Shown here: one piece after another, positions 22,647-35,419 of the stretch
How the letters are laid out: each line of letters begins with the position of its first letter
How positions within the stretch are numbered: position 1 is the first letter of the stretch
Assembly (NCBI GenBank): GCA_977018835.1
Contig: OZ361256.1
Coordinates: forward strand, 4,030,001 to 4,094,000
Length of the DNA: 64,000 nucleotides
Source of the DNA: Minutocellus sp. GHC0000111
Taxonomy: Eukaryota
Reading direction: 5' to 3'
Notes under the pieces: model-generated
Seen by the model: only the letters and a program-made list of their open reading frames with translations
Databases searched by the model: none
What the model was told of the DNA's origin: nothing
Translations under genes and position numbers: made by a program

Positions 22647-22755
22647 CACAGCACCATCTGCCAGCCGGATGACTCGCACACTTTTGGTCGCACTTTCGGT
22701 GGCCGGCCGGCGCGCGAAGCAACCGACCGGCGCGCCCAACGCGAGCCACCATGGC
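22647..22755 (+). repeat. Copy 2 of the ~106-109-bp repeat, inverted relative to 8237-8342
   Basis: cacagcaccatctgccagccggatgactcgca...cgcgagccaccatggc is the reverse complement of 8237-8342. Confidence 0.9.
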
Positions 22756-23419
22756 AATGCTGCTGCCAACTCGACTCATTCTCTTGTTTGCTGAGCTACG
22801 TAGCAAAATGGATGGCATGCGGCAGAAGGCCTCACTCCAACAAGAGTGCATTGTTAGCACAATTTTATAACCTGCCAGTAAAACCACATCTTAAAAATAT
22901 AGTAATTTAAACAAATGCTACGAAAGGTTTCGGTTTTGCAAAGGCTGACAGTTAATCTTTTACTCGTCTGTCTTTCGTCTTGCATTACTGGATTAGTACA
23001 ACAATAAAACCTGCCAGGAAAACCACAGGAAAAGATTAGATTTACAAACAAACACTAAGAAAGTTTTCGGTTTTATGGAAGTGCCGCCATTGAATATGTC
23101 TGTCCTTCTTCAGGATGAACGATAACAATAATTCTAAAACCTGCCAGGAAAACCACGAGAAAAAAGACTCATTATTCAAACAAGCGCAAATTAATATTGT
23201 GGTATGATGAAGAACTCGCTCAACGCATAACGCATTTTCACAAAGCCAAGCAAAGCGGGGGGGGGGCTTCAAGAATTTCAGACCCACAACAATCAATCTC
23301 CGAGCCAACACAATACAAGCAACAAAGACGAATCCTCAACCGCCGCTGGAAAGAATACAGATACTACCGAAGAAGTCGAGACCAACGACGCTGATAAGTC
23401 GACCTCAACAGCCGCCTCA

Positions 23420-23703
23420 ACCGCACGCCGAAGCAGCGGAGGCGGCGAAGGCATGCCGGCGCCCGGACGCACGACCGCACGCCGAAGCAGCGGAGGCGGC
23501 GAAGGCATGCCGCCACCCGGACGCACGACCGCACGCAATAGCAATCCAGGCCATACTGGTACCACTCCAAAACGTCAGGTCGCACGCACAAGCAGAGGCG
23601 GCGAAGGCATGCCGGCGCCCGGACGCACGACCGCACGCAATAGCAGTCCAGGCCATACTGGTACCACTCCAGAACGTCAGGTCGCACGCACAAGCAGAGG
23701 CGG
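23420..23703 (+). repeat. Compound coding minisatellite (2 x 54 bp, then ~1.7 x 102 bp)
   Basis: Units start at 23420, 23474, 23528 and 23630. They encode TARRSSGGGEGMPAPGRT and TARNSNPGHTGTTPKRQVARTSRGGEGMPAPGRT. Confidence 0.9.
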
Positions 23704-24600
23704 TCCGCCAATTCCGAAGAAGCATACCAACCTCCCCCATGTCGACATTGAAATGACCCCGCATAACACTGACTTTGATATCACGAGATTCAAAAACATG
23801 ACTCACACCGAAGAAATGCCACATGGCGCAATAGATATTCACTGCAACAACAACATGGTGTCAGCTCTATTCGACATATAAATATTGGAGAGCTGCAACG
23901 ATTCGAGAAATACGACAGTGTGCAGATGAGGCGACAGCTTAGCGAGCCTTTCAAGATAGGAGAACTATGGTGGATGTTGGGAATAGAGAAAGAACTTCAC
24001 TCCGAACCTGATTTGGACTGCAGCGATAATGTTATGGATGCGACCAACACGGACAAGAATGACTGTGATGACAGCGATGATGAACCGATGATTGACATTG
24101 TCGTCCATCTATTTTGCCTGTCGATCGAATGCGACTTCGACCAAGGCCACGGCTATCCAATTCTCATGCCCATCCGCAGAGGAGAAAACATGTTCTCCGC
24201 AGAATCTGGCTTGACATTCGGCAACCCAACAAGTTTCGTCCGCCTACCAGGTTCTATAAATTTCTTCATTGAATCTGGAAGGTCAAATGGAGCTAGAACA
24301 ATCATTCTCGGAGGAGGAAATGGGCTCATAATGGATGGAAAACAGCACTATCCACTTCATGCAACGGTGCTTGAAGACCATCACGACTATATTCCCGTTG
24401 TTAATTCTACTGCAATTCAGGTTGGAGTTGAGTTTGTAGAAGGAATCCCAACAATCTCAGAGTCATTAGAAGAAAAAGATGACCGAAAAAGATCTGCTGC
24501 AAAGAACGAAATAGACGTCAACATAGATGAGGCCAAATCAAAAGAAGACGGTACGACCAAAAAAAGCAGAAATGAAACATACAACCAATATGAAATGTGA
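23453..24600 (+). CDS. Hypothetical protein within the TE island (ORFs 23453-23881 and 23920-24600, probably one frameshifted gene; the frame is open further upstream)
   Basis: Two consecutive protein-like ORFs in different frames. No recognisable family. Confidence 0.35.
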
Positions 24601-25948
24601 AATACCCTAAGTTATCCAAAATTCACCATGATAGACCTATCATAAACTTAAGTTATCCAAACTTCAGTGTACTACATAGCTTTGTGAATGTCTACGTGTA
24701 GATAGACCATTAGAGAACCATAGCTCCAGCTCCAGCGGGGGAGCCCGTCGCTCCGCTCCCCCCTCCCCCGCACCCCCTTCCCTCCCTTTATCTGACACAA
24801 AAGAGCGGCAGACTTTCGAAAGCAAGCCGGAATCAACAATTTTCGCAAGAGACCCGGAGACCAACATAAATCAAAGCAACCTCGCCAGCTCTCTCACCAC
24901 CATTTTTCCTTGGTCATTGGCTAAAAAATGATCATCACGCCCGGTTTCGAACCAAAAGTTGATAAAGGCCTTATTTTCTGTGAGGAAACATGTGCGATCG
25001 GACAATGCTTGCACTTTTGGCAGTCATTCCAACGCATGCGCATTTTCGAGTGTTTTAACTGTGAGGGTTAGGGTTGCAATGAATTTTCGGTCTCGATCGA
25101 CGAGATGCACGAAGACACCCCAAAAAAGCACATCTTCGACGAGCCGTTCCTCAACAAACATGCAACCAAATTCGACCGCACTTGCACCCACGAATGCGCA
25201 ATCATCTAGTCTACCTGCTGTGCAAGTGTTTCATTGCCGTCGGCGACCACCTTGACAGCCATGTGCAAAGTCATCGGTGGTCGCCCCCTCATCATGCTGA
25301 ATGTTTTGCGAGGCAAAAATTGAAGATAAAAAATGTACGTGCGAAGATTGTCCCGAATCAAACAAAAAAGGGGGTAGCCAAAATTTCACAGCAAAAGCCT
25401 GCCTAAAATGGCGATGCCATCCTCGGCCGGCTTGCTTTTTAGCACCAGAGTCTGCTACATGGCTAACACATGCTGCTGCTGAAACAATCGTGCAAAATTT
25501 TTCGATGCATGCATTTCTTTAAGTAACAACCCTAATGACCCTATGACTTTTCGAGGCAAGGTCCACCAGATCCCCCCTCCACTCCATCCACCCCCCACAA
25601 ATTAATCTTGTTTACACAAGCTAAATTTCTAGTGAGGGCTCGGTTACCTCGAGCCAACTACGGCAAATTAGTCCCGGCGTGGCTGGCTCGTCCTCAAATT
25701 TCAACCTGGTCCCGTATCTTTAAACCGCTCCAAAAGTCGACTTGCCAAAAAATTTACCAAATAAGCTTGCATCTAGACAAAGTACTGCACCCAAACATTT
25801 TGGCGATGCTTCGACTTTTGACCAAAATGTCCTTTTTCCCGCCGAAAAGTTAATTCTTCGGTACATCACGTAGGTTTCTGGTACTCGTACCTCAGCGGCG
25901 GTACGGTATTATGAATGACGAAAAGCGGCACCAGCAGCACGCAGCTCA

Positions 25949-26554
25949 ATGAATCTGTTCGGGACCCCACTTTCCGCGGCAGTTGCGGCATTTTTGTTTG
26001 CAGGCTCGTCACCTGACGACGTTTGTCGGTGGCAGCAATCCCTGGCAGATGCCAGAGACATCAGCACCGCGGCGGCAGCTGCGGCAGCAACCGGCAAGAC
26101 CGAGGAGGCCGTGCGGTTGTACCAAGATGCAATGATATTCGGACGAAAGGCTGCATTGGCTCTGCACGAACATTGCAGTTCTGTAGATGATGTAGATCAT
26201 GATTCCGATTCATCATCATCAACAACCGACAAGCACAATGAGGGGGATGTGGAGTCGCCATTGGACTGGCTCGTTGCTCTCTATCGCGATTCGGCATTGA
26301 CGAGGATACAAATGAACGACGTCGAGGGTGCTCGGAAGGACGCGTGGGGTGCCTGCTTGTATTCGCAGAACACAGATATATCATCGCTGGAATGTCTGGC
26401 GAATGTCTGCGAAGCTGGTGGGGATGATATGGGACGACTTATGGCACTGAAAAATATTATACAGTTGGATGATAATGATGTGCAACTTAATTCACAACGG
26501 CGAAGCGAAATCGAAACAATTATTGGAGAATTGGAAGAAAAATTGAAAGCATAA
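25949..26554 (+). CDS. Hypothetical helical (TPR-like) protein
   Basis: 201-aa ORF with TPR-like segments 'GKTEEAVRLYQDA' and 'LTRIQMNDVEGARKDAWGA'. Confidence 0.5.
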   Translation: MNLFGTPLSAAVAAFLFAGSSPDDVCRWQQSLADARDISTAAAAAAATGKTEEAVRLYQDAMIFGRKAALALHEHCSSVDDVDHDSDSSSSTTDKHNEGDVESPLDWLVALYRDSALTRIQMNDVEGARKDAWGACLYSQNTDISSLECLANVCEAGGDDMGRLMALKNIIQLDDNDVQLNSQRRSEIETIIGELEEKLKA

Positions 26555-26755
26555 CGAAGTATGTATTGCTGTCTAGATCTATTATTGCAGCTCCATATCG
26601 GCATCGCCAAGATATGCTAACTTTACATGTAGCCATGCACTCTTTTGCGATATCCTCTACCGTAATGTTAGCTATTGCGTGCGTTACTACTAGTAGCTTA
26701 TAGGATTGATTTCAAAACTTCTGGAACGCTGTGCTCCAACTATGGCTGCACGTAG

Positions 26756-28321
26756 CTAGTTGAAGCGAAAGTGCATTCTCTGACCACCGTGACCTCCTCC
26801 ACCACCGTGTTGGAAGTGCCTGAAGAATTGCTGATGGCCGTGCGGGTTGTGGCTGTGTCCGCCACCCTGGTTCTCAAAGACGGGTTCGCCTCGGCCGTAC
26901 TTCTCGCGCATCTCCTTGTCAGAAAGCACCTCGTACGCTTCGGAAATATCCTGAAATTTCTTCTCGGCCTCCTCCTTCTCTTCCTGATCGACCTTGTCCG
27001 GATGCCACCGTAGCGCCAGATCTCGGTACGCCATTTTGATCTCCTTGGTCCGGGCGGTCCGCGATACGCCGAGGATCTTGTAGTAGTTCTTCTCCTTGCT
27101 CTGCTTCAGGGCGATCTCCGCCTTCTTGAGACGCTGCTGACATTCCTGCTGCCGGTCATTGGGTTCGAAATCCATGGCCTTGCGGAACGTGTTGACGGCC
27201 TCCTGAAAGTTCTCCGCTGCGGTATGGGCATCGCCGAGGGCAAAGAGCCCGTCCAAGCTTTCTCCCATCTTCAAATGCTTCTCGGCCGTATCGATGGCCT
27301 CCTTGTGCTTGCCAAGAGCCGAATAGCTCTTGATGATGTTCAGCAGTGTCGGTTTGATAAAGGCCGTGTGCGTCGGGTCCAATTGAATTGCTGCGTCCCA
27401 GTGGCCAATGGCCTCCTCGTGGTTGCCAGCCTCCAGGGCATCCTTCGCTCTCTTTTCCTTCTTCTGCAGCGCCTTGATGGCCTTGTGACCGGCCTTGCAT
27501 CCCTTGTGCTCCGGATCGAGCTTGAGGCCCTCCCGAAAGTGCGCGACGGCGGTGTCGTGCTCGCCCAGCCGGAAGTAGGCCTCCCCACGGAGCTGATACG
27601 CCTCAATGTGATTGGAATGGGCCTTGAGGATCTTGCCCGTGTCGGATATGGTGCCGTAGTAATCTCCCGCGTTGTATTCCGCCTGGCTCTTCATGAAGAG
27701 CAGATCGGACGCCTGCTCCATGTGACCGAGGGCCTTGGTGAAGTACTGGACGGCCGCCCTCCAGTTGCCATCGGCGTAGGCCCTCTGGGCCGCGTCGACC
27801 TCCTGACTGCACTGCTGCGCCTCCCTCTGGGCCTCCTCCCAGTCCGCCTGGACGGAACCACCGGATTTGGCCACCTGCTGCTGCAGCACCGCGTAGTCCT
27901 GCACGGCCATGTCGCACTGCCCAAGGCTGACGAGGAGCCGTGCCTTCTGCTTGCGATATTCGACGTTGGCGTCGTCCAATTCCAGCGCCTTGGTCAGGTC
28001 CCGGAGGGCGTCGCCGAGCTTCCTCTGCCGATTCCGCACCTTGAACAACTTGTAGTGGTTGGCGGCCACGTCCGGTTCGATCTCGATGGCCTGCTGGTAG
28101 TACCTGGCGGCCTCCTCGTACCGTCGTTCGGACAGGGCCACCTCACCGAGCGATCGGAGCTTCCCGGCCGACATTGGTGCGTCTCCGCCAGCGCCAGCGC
28201 CGCCGCTTCTTCGGCTGTCGTCGGCCATTGCCGTGGTAGCCGAGCGACCACCATCCTTGGACGAGGCCAGATACAGCAGCGATGCGACCGCCAGCCGGCG
28301 GACGAAGGAGAGGGAGCTCAT
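26756..28321 (-). CDS. DNAJC3: DnaJ subfamily C member 3 / P58IPK (ER TPR + J-domain co-chaperone)
   Basis: Signal peptide, multiple TPRs ('[12 protein letters not shown]') and a J-domain 'NYYKILGV...LALRWHPDK...[13 protein letters not shown]'. Confidence 0.9.
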   Translation of the reverse strand: MSSLSFVRRLAVASLLYLASSKDGGRSATTAMADDSRRSGGAGAGGDAPMSAGKLRSLGEVALSERRYEEAARYYQQAIEIEPDVAANHYKLFKVRNRQRKLGDALRDLTKALELDDANVEYRKQKARLLVSLGQCDMAVQDYAVLQQQVAKSGGSVQADWEEAQREAQQCSQEVDAAQRAYADGNWRAAVQYFTKALGHMEQASDLLFMKSQAEYNAGDYYGTISDTGKILKAHSNHIEAYQLRGEAYFRLGEHDTAVAHFREGLKLDPEHKGCKAGHKAIKALQKKEKRAKDALEAGNHEEAIGHWDAAIQLDPTHTAFIKPTLLNIIKSYSALGKHKEAIDTAEKHLKMGESLDGLFALGDAHTAAENFQEAVNTFRKAMDFEPNDRQQECQQRLKKAEIALKQSKEKNYYKILGVSRTARTKEIKMAYRDLALRWHPDKVDQEEKEEAEKKFQDISEAYEVLSDKEMREKYGRGEPVFENQGGGHSHNPHGHQQFFRHFQHGGGGGHGGQRMHFRFN

Positions 28322-28739
28322 CTTTGGCTGCTATGGGTGCGGTGCAGCTGTTTGGAGGAAGCAAAGAGCTGAGTTATGCTACGTAACTTTAGCGATACCC
28401 TCCTATTGTTTGGACATCGTTTGGAAAATGAGCCTCCACGCCTCCACGTCGCATCCGCCGAAATTTGCTCGGCTAATTTTTGAGGAAAATTTCAGGATAA
28501 AATATGTTTCGGGAGTGGTATCTTTCTGTCCGTCTCCAAATTCGGGACTAACAATATTCGTACGAACTTGAACCCTGGGTGGTCCCGATGACGCACCAGC
28601 TCATTTTTTGTCAAGACGTTTTGCTTCTTCGCCATCTGTCGACCGCAGAAATTCTGTTGATGGCCGGAAGAGTTCGGGCTCCAGCGCAGCAGAACCTCCA
28701 TAAATCGACAGAGAAGTGAGAGAAAGAACAAGAACAACA

Positions 28740-31700
28740 ATGGTCGTTCCAGCGCCTCGACGGAGGCGAAGGACAGCCTCATTCCTGACGGCGGCGGCCC
28801 TCCAGCTGGCGACTCTGCCCAGCACGACCGATGCCTTCTTTGCGCCATCATCTGTAGGCGCCAGTATTGGGTCGTCGTCCTCTCGAGGTACTTCGGCTAC
28901 GTCCAGTAGCAGCAACGGACCGCTCCACGCGGCTCTCATTTCGTCGTCGAAATCCACCACCGCCCTGCGCATGTCGGCGGGATCACCCCTCGACGTGGTT
29001 GGGTCGGCGCATCACCGCCGTGCGCAGCTTGCCGTCACGGCGCAGCTCGCCAACGGCATCAACTGCAACTTCCACCCTCCAGTTGTAGGGTCGACGGTGG
29101 TGCCGTCCACGGCATTTCTGTCCTCCCGAAGGGCCGGAGAGGCGGGCCTGTCCATACCCAGTGCCGCCTCGAAATACGGCGGGCGGGCCTCGGGATCGTG
29201 CGATACCGCCGGCGGGGCTGCTGCTGGCGGTGAGACTGCACGCAATACAGCCCTCGTCAATTCCTCGCGAGGCTCGCTGGGTTTCGTGGTGGTGTATGAC
29301 ATCCCATCCGCCTCCTCCTCCTCCAAACGCAGCTGCAGGACCAGCCTGGCGGTTTCACGAAGCATCCCCGACCAGGCCGATCAGATGGACGCCTCCTTCT
29401 TCAACGGCGGTGATGGCAGTGCCGACGATGACAGACGACGATTGGGCGACCTGGTCGACGACGCCGCCGAGATTGGCATCGTCGAGGCGGACGCAGCGGC
29501 CTCCAGCCCCGTCCGACGGCGGGTTGCCGAGTCGCTTCGGCGCAATGCTGCGACCACAAGCAGTAGCAGCAATAAGAGCAAGTCGGCCGAGAAATCGGCC
29601 CCCTCGACGGTCCCGGCGTGGTTCCCCTGGATCCCGACCCGGTCGCAGATCGAAACTCTCAAGGTCCCCGAGCTTCGGGACGCATGTGACGAGCGTGGTT
29701 TGGCCAAGGTACGTATGAACGGGATGTATTCATGATAGCTGGTAGATGTATATGTATATGTTATTTTGTTGATATTCCGCTGTGCCAGGTGGTATCTCAC
29801 ATCTTATTTATCTTTCGTATCTTTTTTGTTGACTTTCAGACGGGACGCAAGCAAGAGCTTCAGGAACGGCTCATGAGCTGGACGACCGAGCAGCATCAGC
29901 GGCGGGTGGCCAACCGCCGGTCTGGTCTGCCGAGTGGAATTCGGAGCAGAATTGCCACAGGTGGTAGCAGCACCGCATCATCCAAGGCCAAGAGGCACCG
30001 AACCCCCCTCGACGACATGATTGATGATGCCCTCGAGGAGCCTCCATCACGTACAACGTCGATTCCGGCGACCCCATCGGGGGATGACATGGAGACCCTC
30101 TTCAACCGACGAAAGGCATTGCGCGAGGCCAAGGATGGCACCGGACTGAAAAGCGACGGAGATGAAGACGATAAGGACAACGACATCGAAAGTTCCGCCG
30201 CCACCGATTCCATCCCGACCGAGGAGTACTTATCACAGCTTGCGGAGACGTTCAACTTTCGAACTGCCAAGTTTTCCAACTTCGAGGTGAAGGAGATGTA
30301 CCAAAAGGCCAAGCATGCCGACCAGGCAGGTGATCGGAGGTTGGCCAAGAAGATTCTCGTGGAGCTCTTGGAGGCAACTCCCAAGGATTCGCGGATCCTC
30401 CGTCGGTTGTCTCGGATGGAGGTGGAAGAGGGGAATATTTCCGGAGCCCGGCAGATCCTTCAGAATGGCATTCGCAGCAGTCCGGACGATGCCAACCTCC
30501 TCCAAGGTTTGGCCACTCTAGAGTCCAAGTATGGTAGCATCGATGTAGCGCGGAGTTTGTATAAGGATGCGATCCGTGCCGATCCCAGTCAGCCGAACGC
30601 CTACCATGCGCTCGGAACCATGGAGCATTCCAGCGGAAATATTCGTGTCGCCACAACTGTTCTTCGTCATGGCATCAAGCACTGCCATACCAACCATCGA
30701 TTGTATCATGCTCTCGGTGATTTGTATCGCGAGGCTCAGATGCTGGATCTGGCGGAACTTTCCTATCAAAAGGCTCTGAAGCACAGCCCTGAGTGGGGCA
30801 AGTCATTTGCCTTCACTGCCCTCTCATATCTGGCATACGACAAGGGCGAACAGTTGAAGTGCCGTCGATGGCTACAGGAAAGTCTGGAGGTTGAGGGCAA
30901 CTCGCACAGTCAGGGTTGGCTCGCACTAGCCCAGTTGGAAGAGAGCGATGGGCGGATCGAAGCAGCCAGGCGAATCTATGATGAGGCCCTTGCCGATTAT
31001 GAAAAGTCCAGGTCAAAGAAGTGGTCGCAGTCAAAGCCTTATCGTCCCAGCCGCAGTGGCGATAAGTGGATATTCGTTTACAGGTCTTGGGCTCGCATGG
31101 AGGAGCATCATGGTACATTCCGTACTGCTAATGCTGTGTATGCTCGTGCGACAAAGGCCTACAGGAATCATTCGGTCCTATACCTCGGATGGGCGAAGCT
31201 CCATGCCAAGCACGGCCGGGATGACCGAGCAAGACATTTGCTCAAGGTTGCATGTGACAAGTGTGGTGGACGCAGTGCCGAGCCATACAGAGAATTTGCC
31301 GAATTTGAGATGTCTCGCGGAGATCATGCTCGGGCCAAATCAATTTTGTATCTTGGAGCTCAACAGCTCTCAGAGGCGACCGATGTAGCGCCGAAGGGCG
31401 ATGAGTTGGCCCGTCTCTACTACACGTGGGCCCTGTGTGAGTGGCATCTTGATAATTACGATCGTACTGAGAAGCTCTTTGACCAAGCACTGCGAATGAC
31501 CAACGTTGGAGAAAAGGGATCGGATGCCCGTTCGATGATTCTGCATTCTCTTGCTCGTTTCTTTTACGAGGCCAGAGCTGATTATATCCTGGCGCAGCAC
31601 TCGATTTGTTTGGCTCTGAAGGAGACTGTCACTCCAGGACGTTACCCTCAAATGTGGACTTTGTGGGCAGAAATATCGGAAGCGCAGGGCAACGATGGTC

Positions 31701-31951
31701 TTGCCAAAAGTTGCAGAGATCAATTGGCCAAAGATCTCGACACGATTGATGCTGAGTCAAACGATATGTCTTCTTCGTCGCTTCCCATAATGACAGCACC
31801 TGCCATGAGAAATATGCTTCGCAAGGCTCCCTGGTTTTACAAACTTGCCGGTGTTTCAGAAGGCGAAAAGATATGGCAGGATACGGTAGCTTTGCCCCGG
31901 GGTGAAAGAGAGAAGGAGGTCGCCAATTCAGAAGATATAGAGGTGCACTAG
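28740..31951 (+). CDS. Plastid-targeted SAP-domain + HAT/TPR-repeat protein (HCF107/Mbb1-like RNA maturation factor); intron 29709-29839
   Basis: Signal 'TDA-FFAP'. SAP motif 'LKVPELRDACDERGLAK/TGRKQELQERL' is reconstituted across a GT..AG intron. Many HAT repeats ('WLALAQLEESDGRIEAARRIY', 'WARMEE'). Confidence 0.75.
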
Positions 31952-32007
31952 ATAGAGAACTTGTACATAACAGCTCTAGATAGAGATATAACTATTTTTT
32001 GTGATAA

Positions 32008-33414
32008 TTACTCTTTCTTATCGTCGCTGCTCTCAATATAACGTTTGAACTTGGAAACAAGGATAGACCCAAGCACTAGCTGAGTCGGATGCATAATCAT
32101 GATAGGGGCGCTGTATGCAGCCAGATTCTCGTTGCCCTGAAAGATTGTGCTGATAAGTGGAAGTCCAAAGGCCAGCGTTTTGTGAGATGCACAGAGGGTC
32201 GCAGCGACCGCTTCGTCCTTCGTACAGCCAAGAGGCTTCGAGGCGAAGAGAGAGAACAGGCCAGCCATCGATGTCAGATGTAGGATCGGCATCAAGACCA
32301 ACAGTGCCGCAGATTGCTTCAACCCTAATCCCATGCCTTTGGTGAAGGCATTACAGAAAGCATTCCACACAATGCCCAGCAAAATATATTCTTGCAGTCG
32401 CTTGAATTTCTTCGAGTTGTTTGTGTAAACGTCCTTCATCGGCGTTGCTCTCAAGCCTTGTCCAATCGCCACAGGTACAAGTACCTTGTTGCACAACTTC
32501 ACAATCATCTGCATGAAAGGAAGGTCAATACTGGTCCCCAAAAATCGAAGAAGCAGAGCCGGGGTTACAAAGATTCCAGCGATAATGCCGATAACGGCAT
32601 TCACGAGAGCAGTAGCAACGTTACCACCAGCGGCAGAGGCTAGACACACATGTTAACGGTAGTGGGAAGACAAGACATTATGAGGATGCCGTCGAGAAGA
32701 GGCTTTGGAAGTAGTCCTGGTAAGAAAGCCTCAAGACCCTTTGTGAGGGGTATTCCGAGCAATAGCGGCCACAGGACAAAATTCGCGAACTGCGTCAGAC
32801 CATTCAACTTGACAATACGAATCGATTGCGACAGCTCTGATAACTCCAGCGAAAGACCTGAAAGTAGAAAAATGCAGGTGACACCATACTTTCCAATGAA
32901 CAGCTCTGGACGCAAAACTCCACCATTTTTGCCGAGCTGTTACATTTTATAGATTGTTTGGTGGTGGTGATGGTGGTGGAAGAAGTGGTGTGCGAGTGTA
33001 TGGATGTATGAGATAAGAGTGTCGTGCGGTGGTGCGTGGTGTGATCGAAAGAAGCAAACGACTTACGTGTGGGAATGCGCGAGCCAGAGCCACGGCAACC
33101 ATCATGCCCAGGAGAAAGAAATTTTTCGAAGTAAATGATTTAAGCTTCTCGAGACGTGATGGGCCGTCGTGTGACGATGCGGCAGCTCCACCAGATGCCA
33201 CCGAAAGGGCGACTCCCTTGCCCGCCATGAAGACATCAGGAGATGATCGGTTGGTGAGGCCTGGATGTTTCTGCTGATGTCTCTCTGGCGACGAAAGAAG
33301 CTGAGAAACATCAGCGCCTGACCGGACGGTAAACGCTGATGAGGAGCATAATACTCCGCAAAGGATGCCAGAAAGCAGCAATGCGCGGCGAGAGAGCATC
33401 GCCATGGTTGACAT
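32008..33414 (-). CDS. Sodium/bile-acid symporter family protein (SLC10A7/BASS4-like), likely plastid; intron 33066-32937, frameshift ~32645
   Basis: 'SSA-F' signal plus 'IFLLSGLSL', '[10 protein letters not shown]', '[12 protein letters not shown]', '[12 protein letters not shown]' and '[10 protein letters not shown]'. Confidence 0.85.
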
Positions 33415-33668
33415 CGACTGACGAATGTTGCAGATTGCTATTGCTGCGCCGCGCGCCGAGGATGAGGGGCGGATGACGAACGGACGCTGATGATGTGAAC
33501 ATACACATGGTAACATTGCAACATTGGTTCAACATAACTTTTCACTTTACTTCGACCAAGGTACGGTAGGTGTCGAAGACAACTTCGTTTTTCAATGCGT
33601 GCCTTCTAAAGACGAGCTCGTAAATGAGTTCCTTGTTAATATCATATATTCCACTTTCGGGAAGAGCA

Positions 33669-34824
33669 CTAAAAGGTCCCAGTGAAGAGGGAGTGGCTGT
33701 TGCATCGCCTAAACCTCCCTCGCTCTGCTGCATTCTTCTCTCTCGCATGGTCTTCTTCATTTTCCTTTTCCTCATCTTCCCCTACATGTACCGGTACTAC
33801 TGAGGCTACAACATTTCCCTTGCATTCTTTCACGGCCCGCCTCCATAGAGAAGGATCCTCTCCAAATGTCGATGAATGTGGATATTTCAAGAGATACTCC
33901 TCGGAATCAAACTGGTGAATCCTGCCTGTACCGCCAAACAAACTCCTCCACGTTGCTCAAATCAATATCCCGCTCAATTCTCTTGAGGCCCTCGGCTCCT
34001 GTGCAAAATTGAATTTTATCCTTTGTTACTGGGTCAACAAAGCGATGGATTAGATTCCAGAAATAAACAAAGAACTTGGGTGGATTGAACACGTAGGCTC
34101 GGTGAAGACGCTCACAGTAATGCCGTTGTAGGATTTCCAATGTGTACAGTGTCGTCGACATGGGTGGTGATTTTCGCAGTGTCCATTGGTCAAAGTTGAT
34201 GATGATGCAAATCTTTTCCTCTCCAGGATTAATCGTATCTTGCAGTCCTGCTTCCTTTCTCCGAGCTTGCTCGGCAGCTGTACATGCAACAGCTCGCTCC
34301 AACGTATAAACGAGAAATTTCATTTGATTGGTTTCGTTGTTCGTATTTTCGCAACCAGGTACCATGTACTGAATGGCTCGACCTCCCCGATCGCGGCCTC
34401 GTACGTAGAGTTTCCCCGTTTTGGCCTCCTCTCGGAAGGTATCTCTAAGCGGCTTGAGAGAGGCACCATCCAAGTCGTCAAAGCAGGTTACAATGTGTTT
34501 CACTCCAAACTCACGACGCCACTTGATCGTGATCTTGATTTTGGAGATGGCCGAGTCGACATTTCCCTTCTCGGCGCGATAGTGCCGCAACACCATCCCA
34601 TCGTCGGCCAGATGCGCTATTTCGTCTGGTGTGAGCGCATCTCGGATCAACTGGCATCCTCTGGCCTCTTCGGAACTTTCCGCCTTTCTCAAACGAGCAG
34701 TAGGAGCGTCATTGGTCGGTTTGATGGGCGCCAATGTATTGTTCGTTCTTGAGACCGTGGTGGCTGTACTAGTAGCGGCAGGCAGCACTGACACTGCATG
34801 ATTGTTTGTTTGAGTGGCAATCAT
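33669..34824 (-). CDS. CRAL-TRIO (Sec14-like) lipid-binding protein; frameshift ~33940
   Basis: 'LRHYRAEKG...TIKWRREF', 'GKLYVRGRDRGGR', 'LVYTLERA', 'ILQRHYCERL...NPP...FVDPVTKDKI'. The expected 'EEFGG' motif continues in ORF 33669-33941. Confidence 0.85.
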
Positions 34825-35419
34825 TGTATCTTATGGCGCAACTTGTGGTTCATGTACACCGAGGAGGAGCGGCGAGTGGGTGAGGTGGCATCGGCAGCGA
34901 TGGCGTGGCCGATGCGATGGCGGTTTCCGCCAAATCATATTTCGGTTGCGCCAGCATGAAATCAGGTAGAAACTTGGCGCACTCTTCCTCACGTCCCTTC
35001 GAGAAGAAGAAACTACGACGGAGATTTCCAAGTTTTGATGTACTGATGTGGCTACGGTATCTACATGTTATGAGGATGTGTGTAATGGATGCTATTCCTT
35101 TGCCAGTAACTACGAAAGCGTTAGTATGAATACTCTTCATTCCTCTCCTGCAATTGTCAAGGATGCGTCCTTGGCGTTTTGGATCTTTTTGAACTTTTCT
35201 TCTCTTGAAAGCCGAGAGCATGGAGAAAAAAAGAAAAACCACCACGGCGGACGGCAGAAATCAACAAAGAATCAATCCGACGATCACAATGCAATAGAAC
35301 CCCACAATCGTAATGATTCGATCGCCGCTGATTGATATCCAAAAAGTAACTGGCTATGAGTGCAATCGATGAATTCTCTCTGCTGCTGCATGTGCTGGCA
35401 GCAAATAAATGAAGACTTA

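Larger units (their letters stand above)
20854..23156 (+). repeat. Interrupted AT-rich repeat array with conserved core AAAACCTGCCAG(T/G/C)AAAACCAC
   Basis: Cores at ~20854, ~21032, ~22868, 23006 and 23136. The last three have 139- and 130-bp spacing and share aaacaa; the first two of those also share tttcggtttt and gtctgtc. Confidence 0.8.

Noticed and set aside
20854..23156. Repeat-spacer pattern as a CRISPR array
   Set aside because: Eukaryotic context, spacers of 110-160 bp that resemble each other, non-palindromic cores and no cas genes.
25060..25545. gggttagggttg / caaccctaa as telomeric repeat or hAT MITE ends
   Set aside because: Only 1-2 units, ~9-bp inverted match and no 8-bp TSD.
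27224..28372. 382-aa plus-strand ORF
   Set aside because: Antisense shadow of DNAJC3.
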